A stretch of DNA of 64,000 nt from Octopus bimaculoides (Eukaryota), in the NCBI RefSeq assembly GCF_001194135.2, contig NC_068991.1, positions 75,347,245-75,411,244 on the forward strand, given 5' to 3'. The notes beneath the pieces were generated by a model that had not been told where the DNA came from, searched no databases, and saw nothing but the letters and a program-made list of their open reading frames with translations. Positions 53,822 to 64,000 of the stretch are shown here, in pieces. The stretch's first letter is position 1. Each line of letters opens with the position of its first letter. The translations under genes and the position numbers were made by a program.

Positions 53822-54659
53822 TAATGGTAAATATCCTGGAAACTAATTGCTGTAAGTTTCCAGACATAGCTCATGTGGAAAATTAATGCAAGTCACGAAC
53901 CAAACAAATGATTTACATCCTCAGTATGGAACCGGCCCTGTCAGATTATTGATATGTTACTTTTAAAAATGACTAAGAATTGTGTGATTGCGAATAGAAA
54001 GAAGTTGATATTAGACTACTGTATTTTAACGTATATTCTTTTACTTGTTTCAGTCGTTTGACTGCGGCCATGCTAGAGCACCACCTTTAGTCGAGCAAAT
54101 CGACTCCAGGACTTATTCTTTGTCAGCCTAGTACTTATTCTATTGGTTTGTTTTTGCTGAACCGCTAGTANNNNNNNNNNNNNNNNNNNNNNNNNNNNNN
54201 NNNNNNNNNNNNNNNNNNNNNNNNNNNNNNNNNNNNNNNNNNNNNNNNNNNNNNNNNNNNNNNNNNNNNNNNNNNNNNNNNNNNNNNNNNNNNNNNNNNN
54301 NNNNNNNNNNNNNNNNNNNNNNNNNNNNNNNNNNNNNNNNNNNNNNNNNNNNNNNNNNNNNNNNNNNNNNNNNNNNNNNNNNNNNNNNNNNNNNNNNNNN
54401 NNNNNNNNNNNNNNNNNNNNNNNNNNNNNNNNNNNNNNNNNNNNNNNNNNNNNNNNNNNNNNNNNNNNNNNNNNNNNNNNNNNNNNNNNNNNNNNNNNNN
54501 NNNNNNNNNNNNNNNNNNNNNNNNNNNNNNNNNNNTTAAGCTAATTCAGTTGACAAAACCAGTTTGCATAATTCTTTTGCATTCTCTTTTTTACAATTGG
54601 CATTTTATTTATAACTACACTTTTTCTGTTTTAAGACCCATAAAAATTTTTTTGAGTGG

Positions 54660-54793
54660 TTTTTGTAAGGCTGGAACGGATTAATTGTATTTTAGTTAAT
54701 TTCAAAGGGGGAAATTGATTTGTAAAACGAATAAATCGTAAGACGAGTTCGGTCATGGAACGAATTAAACTCGTACTGCGAGGTATCACAGTA
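54660..54793 (-). mobile_element. Possible pogo/Tigger-type transposon end
   Basis: Minus strand begins ta-ctgtgatacctcg..acgag, resembling CAGTxATACCTCG TIRs with a TA target. The other end was not found, possibly lost in the adjacent N gap. Confidence 0.35.
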
Positions 54794-55640
54794 TTAATTA
54801 TTTTCGGGAGTAAAACAATCGTTTGATTAATGTCTATCAAGAAAATAATACACATAATTTTCGATATTACCGTCGATGTTTAACCCCAGGTCTATCCTGA
54901 TGTAGCAGACCACGATACGTTTAATTCCAGGTCAGTATAATCCGGAAACGCACCATAAATGATGCGCTTATTTAGTTCCCAGCCAGTCCTGGTCTAAAGG
55001 ATATGGTACGTCGAATCTCAGGTCAATTCTGATTTCTTTATTGCCCACGAGGGGCTAAACATAGAGGAGACAAACAAAGATAGACAAAGGGATTAAGTCG
55101 ATTATGCCGACCCCAGTCCGTAACTGGTACTTAATTTATCGACCCTGAAAGGATGAAAGGCAAAGTCGACCTCGGCGGAATTTAAACTTAGAACGTAACG
55201 GCAGACGAAATACCGCTAAGCATTTCGCCCGGCGTGCTAACGTTTCTACCAGCTCGAAGATTATGGCACATTTAGCTTCAGGTTAATCACTATCAAAATG
55301 ACTGTAATACGTTTAGCTCCCAGTTAGCTTTGATTTAGAAGACTGTGACACATAGGTCATTCAACCAATGATAGTTCGATCGGAGTTCCAGCAGTATTTA
55401 AATTTTTTATCTTTTATCCAAGAAATGACACACTGGGTAGTGCTACCCAGTGAGTCGTTTCTTTCCTTTAAGTGGTAGTGTCTAATTTGAGTGAGCTTTC
55501 GATTGATTTTATAGCCGGATCAAATGATCTGGTAAAGACTCTTTAGTTTGGATGGTTTGATGTAGTTGCGTTGCTACGCCAGTTCTGACTGAGCAGATAT
55601 ATAATCCAAGACATTCCAGCCATTATTCACATAACAGTAA

Positions 55641-55875
55641 GGCGGCGAGCTGGCAGAATCGTTAGCACGCCGAGCGAAATGTTTAACGGTATTTCGTCTG
55701 CCGCTACATTCTGAGTTCAAATTCCGCCGAGGTTGACTTAGCTTTTTATCCTTTTGGGGTCGATTAAATAAGTACCAGTTACGCACTGGGCTTAATGTAA
55801 TCGACTTAATCCCTTTGTCTGTCCTTGTTTGTCCCCTCTATGTTTAGTCCCTTATGGGCAATAAAGAAATAAATA
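55641..55875 (+). mobile_element. SINE family E (other copies near 10100, 13480, 15540, 18040, 20275(-), 20985, 45222-45610, 45640(-), 45860, 51020, 55043(-), 57908)
   Basis: Shared core gagttcaaattccgccgaggtcgactttgcctttcatcctttcggggtcgat..aagtaccag. Confidence 0.85.
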
Positions 55876-58846
55876 TTATCTAATGTGTCCTTCTGGATTT
55901 CAAGACGTTTCATGGGATGGCGCATGGCCTAGTGGTTGGGAATTCGCACTCGCGATCACCAGATCGTATGTTCGATTCCCAGACCGGGCAGCGGATATGC
56001 TCTCTTGAGGAAACATTTCATTTCACGTTGCTCAGTGCTGTGTGGAGACCAGCATACCAAAGAATAGACCCAACGTTTCCTTTGCGTGTCGTAAAAAAAA
56101 GGCGATTAAAAGAGGTTGAGGTAGGATTTGCACTGCGACCCCGTCAGTCCCTCACCAGCAACGACTAACCAAAACAGACCCATGGGTTGGAAGCTTGCCG
56201 CCTGAGTAGTGTAAAGGTGTCATCCGTCACGAATACTAGGGAGTCACCAACAAATGGTGGAGTCTGCTATGTTACTACTACCACCATCACTACTACTACT
56301 ACTGTTGCTCATGTGAAATTTGAGAGAGATTTAGCTGTTATTTCTAGCTGGTCAAACTACCATGTAAAGACCTCTCCCGACTCGAGTTCATTATTTGTGT
56401 TATTTGGTCGGGTTCTGTTTCATTTTTTTTTCATTTTTCATTTTATCTAGTTTCAGCTCATGAGCTGTGGCCATGCTGTGGCACCGTCATTAAACAAGTT
56501 CCCGTGCCGGGAATCGAATATAATATGGATATAATTTTAAAAAATATTAGACATGCACTGACTGATTGTATTTTACTTGAGCTTTATTATCAATGAAATA
56601 GATAATTAGTTAATAAATCAATTGATTGATTGATTAATTAGTTTTTTCGTCATAGTCTGTGATCCTATCAGTTATGACGTGCCCCTCATGCACTTCTTCC
56701 GTGCTAATGTCTATCTTAGTGTTTGTTTGTATCTCGGGTTAGACTTCACCATTGATAAGGTCACAGGCTGTAACGAAACAACTTTCATGAACTAGTTTAT
56801 TTATTAGCCACACATCTAATTAATTGATAATAAAACGGAAATAAATTACTGCCGGCTCGTGTGCTTTATTTGCATCACGACTGTCCAAAAGTACAGCAAT
56901 ATAAATAACACCATCAAAAGTACAAGAATATCTGTTTCAAAAGCCGAATTCTAACCAAGAATCTGGTTACAAAAAAATGAAAAAGCAAAAGTTTTAAATA
57001 GATTTATCACCTAATATAGCTGAATGTCTGCAATTTTCATATTAGTATTTAGAACTATTTTCACATGAGTAAAACAATACTATTTTTTTACCCAAGTCAT
57101 ACTTGATAAATCACATTCAATATTAGTGTTAAGACAAGGCAGCAAAATCGTCAACACGTTGAAAAATGCTAAGAGGCATATTTTCCGGCTCTTTACGTTC
57201 TGTGTTCAAATTCTGCCACAGGTGAGCTTTATTTGATAACCAGTTGATCTAGCAAGCGGGGCCTCATATCAGTGAGGGCGGCCGGTGCGCATTGATGCCG
57301 TCGAGAGATAGGCCCCGAAACGGCGCGCATTCTCTCCTGATGACGCCATAAACTTCCTGACTTCCGGTATGCGGAGTTCTCGACTGGTGGCACTTGCATG
57401 TGCAAGTTGTTTGCAAAACATCGAGACCGATAAAATTAATACAAGTTGAGCATTGGAATTGACTTAATCCTTTCCTCCGAAATTGCTGGCCGCCTTGTGC
57501 CGAAATTTGAAACGAATTGTAAAAAGTCACCAATTTAGTGTGAGTGGTCACTAGTTTAAAGTATGAAAGTATTCGTGAAAAAGTCCATTAGATGCACTTT
57601 TGAGAAGCATGTCTAGATGAATATCAGAAGGCAGTTTTTAAACAAAACATTATAATTTTATTAAAATGGTAATGAGAGCTGAGCAAGTGATGGGCGAAGC
57701 GGGTGTATATGTAGGAGTCAGAGAAAAGCGATTAAACGATTGAACAAATGATTTAGTTGTAAGCCGTAAAAAGTTTAGCAGAGACGAAGCTAGCTTAGAC
57801 GGAAATAAAGCACTCATGATATAGGTAGAGTTATGTTGATATGGACTAACTGAAAAGGTGCTCGCAAGGCGAAGTTGACAAAAGGGAAATAGGATGTCCA
57901 TGATGTGACTTGCCGGGTGGAATGCTTAGTCGTATTTCGTCTGCCGTTACGTTCTGAGTTCAAATTCCGCCGAGGTCGACTTTGCCTTTCATCTTTTCGG
58001 GGTCGATTAAATAAGTACCAGTTACGTACTGGAGTCGATGTAATCGACTTAACCTTTGTCTGTCCTTGTTTGTCCTCTCTTTGTTTAGCCCCTTGTGGGC
58101 AATAAAGAAATAAATATGACTCAGAAGTTTGTGGCGTTAAGTTGGTGAGAAAGACAAAAGGCAGATCCCATCTTTAGAGAACCGATGTGGTTCGTCTCGT
58201 GTTCTTCCGCTGACTTAAAAAACAAAAAAAAAACGACATTAGTCAGTGAAGTGGAATCCTCTTCAATATTTATCCTATCAATCCCCATCATTTTTTTTTT
58301 TGGTAAACTGCAAAGTTTCAGGGATGTAAACAAACCAACAACGATTGGCATGTCATGAGAGCTAAACACTAACACAAAAACATAGGCAGAAATGCACATA
58401 CGAACACACGCACACACATATAAATTCATTAAAAAGGTATTGATTGATCCGGGATTATCATAGCTTCTATCGTTTTGGCTGATTTAATGAATTAAGTAAA
58501 ACCTCATTTAGTAAACCCTCGTTAGTGGACAATGGCAGGCTTAGTACGAGATGAAATTTGACGAAAGTAAACAAAATATCAGAAAATTTAAGTATTAAAA
58601 GCTGTTATTTTTAATAATAAATTGCATTGTTAGCCATATTACATTGCAGAGAAAATTCAGTCTGAAGTTGTCTAAGTAATAAAGATGACCATCAAAATAA
58701 TATGGATATTGCAAACGTTCGCCTCATAAATGTCAGTTATCCATTTGAAAAGCATTGTTAATAATGCAAATCAAGTAGAGTAGATTTTGTACTTGACAAG
58801 TTGAACTCATTTGCTATTAGTAGACACAAGGAAACCGTTTTGAAGA

Positions 58847-58925
<79 letters not shown>

Positions 58926-59372
58926 AGAGAGAGAAAGAGAGAGAGAGAGAGGGAGAGGGAGAGGGAGTGAGGGAGAGAGAGGGAGAGGGAGTGAGGGAGA
59001 GAGAGGGAGAATTTTATACTCAAGCTTAACGATGTTTTAAGCGAAGCTGTTCCTCACATTTCTGAGTTCAATATTGTGTTGTATATCAGAATCGTTTTGC
59101 AGCTTAACGAAGTGAACTTCCGTCAAAGGACCAGAATAATATGGTTCTAAGAATGCAAACATCGGCTTTTCGTTGTCAAGATGAAGCTAAGTTATCCGAA
59201 AGTAAGGAAAGCTATTCTGAATTAATCTTCTGTTTTGCTAATTTTGCTTAAAATTCATTAGAAATTTGTTACTGTTTATAAATGGTAACCCCTAAGTATT
59301 TAAACCGGTGTAAATTAATCAATTAGCACTGACTTTTTGGATTAAATTAAAAGGAGTGTTACGAAATGTTAT

Positions 59373-59760
59373 AGGTGAAAGAGTGGCTGTGTGGTAAGTA
59401 GCTTGCTTACGAACCACATGGTTCTGGGTTCAGTCCCAACCTTGGGCAAGTGTCTTCTACTTTAGCCTCGGGCCGACCAAAGCCTTGTGAGTGGATTTGG
59501 TAGACAGAAACTGAAAGAAGCCCGTCGTATATATGTATGTATGTATGTGTGTGTGTATATGTTTGTATGATTGTCCACCCAACATGGCTTGACAACCGAT
59601 GGTGGTGTGTTTACATCCCGTAAATTAGCGGTTCGGCTAAAGAGACCGATAGAATAAGTACTAGGCTTACAAAGAATAAGTCCTGGGGTCGATTAGCTCG
59701 ACTAAAGGCGGTGCTCCAACATGGTCACAGTCAAATGACTGAAACAAGTAAAAGAGTAAA
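59373..59760 (+). mobile_element. SINE family D
   Basis: Both modules with internal TATG/TG repeats. Confidence 0.87.
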
Positions 59761-59789
59761 TGAATATATTTCGCCATTTTAACTTTAAC

Positions 59790-60330
59790 GTTCAGAACAA
59801 TTTTTTTTTTGGTATAAATTTTCCAATTAGAAACTAGAAATTTTGAAGTAATGAATTTCGTCCAGCGAAAAACTCATAAAAATTGTCACTATTGCAATTC
59901 TGAAGTTTGATCATAGGATATAATGATTGTTGGTGTGCACTGTTAGTTTTGGTTTTACTTGTTGATTATTATCTGCTGTAATGTTTCTGTCACCTGTCCA
60001 GGTAGTTTGGATACAGGCAAGTTGATACATGTTAGTGTTTTCATATATCATCGCAAGATATCGATTTTTGGCAATCAGTTTCCTGTCTTAGAAACGAATT
60101 TGTGTTCCAGTAAGCTTTGTAACCTGGGAGTTTTACAATTATTATACAGAAAGCATTCGGAAATTTTCCTTCATCTCATTCATTGATGTAATGAAGGTGC
60201 GTTGATCAAAACGGTTGCGCTTTGGATGAGCATACTTTGTGATTTCTTCGTTCAAAATTTCTTCAAGGAAAATTTGAAGAAAATACTCAAGAGGCTTTAA
60301 TTGAAAGATTTTGCAAGGCCTACATCACTA
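59790..60330 (-). pseudogene. Highly decayed piggyBac-like transposase fragment
   Basis: Minus-strand pieces PLEYFLQIFLEEILNEEITKYA, TSMNEMKE, IVKLPGYKAYW, KNRYLAM and SLDE recall PGBD motifs (PxxYF, LPxxxxYW, SRNRF, SIDE). Many frameshifts. Confidence 0.5.
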
Positions 60331-60765
60331 ACCAAAGCATCCGTGTGATGATATGATCGAGTGATAATTCGACTCTTGTGCAAAATTGATAAACCCTGAT
60401 ATCACTTAGATATCTGGTGTGTGCAGATGAGATGGAAATACCACTCGAATTATTTTCTCCAAGTCCAAGCTCTCTTTCTCTAATTAAATCATTTATGATG
60501 ATAATAAATAAATCATTTGTAAGTATCACTGTATGCTATTTCACCGTTTGAGGTATTAACCATCACGGTGTTTGATTATGCGTTACGTTGAGAGATATGG
60601 GGAAATTTATGGAAATGTTCTTGGATTTAATGATATTAGAGAACATAAAAGTGGTCAGGTTATTTCTGATTTAGCTATAAAGAATCTAGATACTCTAAGT
60701 TTTCAATACTCTGGCTGTCATAGTAAGCAAAGTTAATAATGTACTGGAGTTCAGACGAAAGCCAG

Positions 60766-60797
<32 letters not shown>

Positions 60798-60804
60798 ACT
60801 GAGG

Positions 60805-60894
<90 letters not shown>

Positions 60895-61821
60895 ACTACA
60901 GTTGTTTTTGTTTTCATCTTTATGCTAATAAGCTTAATAAATTTTGAATTCAAACTGTTTCTAACATTTTTGACTGCAATATTGAATAGCATATCATCTT
61001 TGTGCAACCCAATGAAGCGAAATTTCAGTTGCCGACATTGTGGGGAAATGCTTACCAAAGCTTGATTCAGTTCTATCGAAGAAACTGTTAAAGAGAATAA
61101 AGATATAAAGAATCTTTTTTGACATTCTGCAAAATCCAGAAATGGCTTGCTGATAAAAAAAATAAAATAACGCTGTATAAGGATTTTCAACAGGCATAGA
61201 AAAAAATCGACTTTATTTTTTGTTTTAATCGAAATAGCTTTGTATATTTTTTTTATTTACTGAACATGATCTTAAGGTATTGCAAACGAAATATAAGGAT
61301 ATCGTTTTTAGCTATATTATTGTTGAAAGAACTGTTTCCAAAATTGAAAAAAACGAGAAAAGCTAAATTTGATGCCATCTGGAATTTGGTAGAAGAAAAA
61401 AAATGGCATCTTTCTCTTGAAAAGGAAAGAATAGTCAACTTTCTTCAGGACCCTCCGGATAATATTATTTCTGAATTAAAGACTTACAGAGTCGTTAAAG
61501 CATCGGTAAAAAATACTGTTCGGTATTTATTCCGAATCCTTACGTTTTCAGATCAAATCCGTCGAAGTAAAGTTTGGATTGCATATCCCTTGGGTAGAGA
61601 AAATGAAGTAACAGCCAAGGCAACAGTCGAGGTAACAGCCAAGTTCTAAGGTTGAGGGTTTCGACAACTCTCCTCTCTTCACAATTGCTGGTCTTGAGCC
61701 AAAATAAGAAACAGCTATTACTGGAATAAAAAAAGCAATTTAAATCGGGGAAAAATTTGGATTTGATCGAGTCTTTTAGAGTTGGATTCAGATGTCTGAT
61801 GAGCCGTAGAACAAATAAGAT

Positions 61822-61868
<47 letters not shown>

Positions 61869-62497
61869 GCCATCGCTCGACAACCGATGCTGGTGTGTTT
61901 ATGTCACCGTAACTTAGCGGTTCGGTAAAAGAGTCCGATAGAATAAGTATAGGCTTACAAAGAATAAGTCCTGGGGTCAATTTCTTCGACTAAAAAAAAA
62001 CAACAACTCGAGGCTAAAGTGAAACTAATAAAGGAAACTATTGAAGCAAGGAGATGGAAATGGTTGAGTCGAGTTTGTCGCTGTAAACCGAACTCAGTTG
62101 TCAGGATCGCTTTATAATGGGCTCCACAAAATAAAAGAAGACGTGGCCAACCAAAGGAAACATGGCGGAGAACAATAGCAAAAGATCTTAAAAGCAGAAG
62201 GGTTATCAATGGAAAAAAAATGTCAAGGACGCTTTCAGTGTTAGAACGATCTTGTCACTTCAAGTACCACAAGGCACAATGAGAACCGAATGAACGATGA
62301 ATGAATGAATGGTTTGATGAGAAGATCAGCTGCGATGATAATGAAGCAATTTTTTTAATAAGATAATAAGAACTAAGAGAATGTGATGAATGTGTCTGAG
62401 GAGATTCTAGTCAATTATAGTCTGCTTTTTCGTTATATAATTACATCACGTTGGGTGTTAATTGTATACAGTTTTTACAGTAATGTAGAATGTTTAT

Positions 62498-62887
62498 GTG
62501 GAGGCGCAATGGCCCAGTGGTTAGGGAAGCGGACTCGCGGTCATAGGATCGCAGTTTCGATTCCCAGACTAGGCGTTGTGAGTGCTTATTGAGCGAAAAT
62601 ACCTAAAGTGCCACGAGGCTCCGGCAGGGGCTGGTGGTGAACCCTGCTGTACTCTTACACCACAACTTTCTGTCACTCTAACTTCCTGTTTCTGTTGTAC
62701 CTGTATTTCAAAGGGCCAGCCTTGTCACACTGTGTCACGCTGAATCTCCCCGAGAACTACGTTAAGGGTACACGTGTCTGTGGAGTGCTCAGCCACTTGC
62801 ACGTTAATTTCACGAGCAGGCTGTCCTGTTGATCGGATCAAATGGAACCCTCGACGTCGTAAGCGACGGAGTGCCAACAACAACAAC
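62498..62887 (+). mobile_element. SINE family C, full length with TSD
   Basis: 11-bp TSD AGAATGTTTAT at 62487-62497 and 62888-62898; (CAA)n tail. Confidence 0.92.
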
Positions 62888-63398
62888 AGAATGTTTATAT
62901 ATGGTAACAAAATATAAACTTTGAATGTTGTGAACCATAACACATTTAACCTCACGTTCGCTCTAATCAAGCAGAGCTATGATCAAAAGTCATTACAGCT
63001 GTAAACAACACACATTTTGTAGCGAAAGCGTTGCATGAAAAAACAAATTGTAGTTCAGTTCATGAATACAAAAAATCGAGAGTTCCACAGGAGAGTTCCA
63101 CACGAGAAAGTATTCTTGGCTTGTTAGTATGGAAACAGGCATCTATAAGTCTGTGGCTTTCGATTGGCTAAAATTATTCGAAATGTGCCAACTTTAAAAG
63201 CGATTAACTATTTATTTATTTATCGCGAAAATGAATTGTATTTCAATAATTAGCATATAAAAATACACCAATACACTAAATTTAAAATCAATTGGGACAA
63301 AATTGAAGAAATTGAAAAGTGAAAGCCAAATAGAAAAGATCACTATTTTCTATAGCAGTGCTTCGCAACCGGTACACATACATACATATATATATATA

Positions 63399-63404
<6 letters not shown>

Positions 63405-63429
<25 letters not shown>

Positions 63430-63661
63430 CTATCTATATCTCTATCTATCTATCTATATCTATCTATCTCTATCTATCTATCTCTATCTATCTATATCTA
63501 TCTATCTATATCTATCTATCTATATCTATCTATCTATATATATCTATCTATATCTATCTATCTATATATATCTATCTATATCTATCTATCTATATATATC
63601 TATCTATATCTATCTATCTATCTATATATCTATCTATATCTATATATCTATCTATCTATAT
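63405..63661. repeat. (TACA)n then (TCTA/TA)n microsatellite
   Basis: Direct observation; abuts the Tx1-like RT fragment. Confidence 0.95.
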
Positions 63662-64000
63662 ATCGTGTCGGCATACGCAGACGACGTCACCGTCATAGCG
63701 TCTAGCCACGAGCACATCGAGCTTGTCGGCGAGACGCTGAAAGACTACGAAGCGGTGACGGGAGCGAAAATCAACCGGGATAAGTCGGTGGGTTTGCTGC
63801 TCGGCACCTGGAGAAGCAAGCCCATACCGTCCGGCAGCGCCTCAGTAGTGGGACGCTGGACGGACGGTCCGGTCAAGTTGCTCGGAGTCTGGTTCGGTCC
63901 GGACCTGCAAACGGAGAAGAACTGGGACGAGATAACGAGTAGGGTGGCCACTCTCTGCCGGCAATGGTCCGAGATGAAACCGTTCTGCACGCACTCGTGC
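63662..64000 (+). mobile_element. Tx1/L1-clade reverse transcriptase fragment, 5'-truncated, open to window end
   Basis: 113 stop-free codons IVSAYADDVTVIASS..YEAVTGAKINRDKS..VKLLGVWFGPD..NWDEI, with the YADD catalytic motif. Much more GC-rich than the surroundings. Confidence 0.9.

Noticed and set aside
56040-56125. Possible HDV-like ribozyme (gtcgt...ggcgattaa resembling P4 and J4/2)
   Set aside because: I could not place the P1 or P1.1 strands in the required nested order.
57337-57385. SECIS-like AUGA..AA..GA hairpin
   Set aside because: Helix II is only about 5-6 bp versus the usual ~11, and there is no upstream selenoprotein ORF.
62498-62575. tRNA-like sequences (also at 13370-13450, 20460-20540, 38330-38403, 53425-53510)
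   Set aside because: A and B boxes are present but acceptor stems are imperfect, and each continues into a multi-copy SINE body. They are SINE heads, not tRNA genes.

Overview
AT-rich, microsatellite-dense eukaryotic scaffold with ten N-gaps. It is most likely from Octopus, inferred from the repeat families and assembly style, not from a database hit. Positions 579-27718 (+) carry the last six coding exons of a MON2 homolog. They splice in frame with GT-AG junctions into ...ADFQDMWPELALTLEDFLFSKNPSLPTLSIEDFQRDETVDCKVVQVIRDDVLPFAGTMPKDFVMKIMDILNKGSIHSATSDSFIDTESSRKLREEFAKACFETLLQFSF...[92 protein letters not shown]. The rest is intronic or intergenic. It holds several SINE families (labelled A, C, D and E here, plus a hammerhead-bearing family), several foldback/MITE elements, decayed R4/Dong-like, mariner and piggyBac-like coding fragments, and a GC-rich Tx1/L1-type RT fragment at the right edge. 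Almost all entries in the ORF track are microsatellite or N artefacts. The most interesting observation is a tRNA-headed SINE whose 3' half contains a Penelope-type minimal type I hammerhead ribozyme. It has four copies, including a head-to-head plus tandem cluster, and only the copy antisense to MON2 is intact. Also notable are a Merlin-like MITE with a central telomere-repeat palindrome and a GC-rich insert carrying hammerhead core modules in a non-canonical order.
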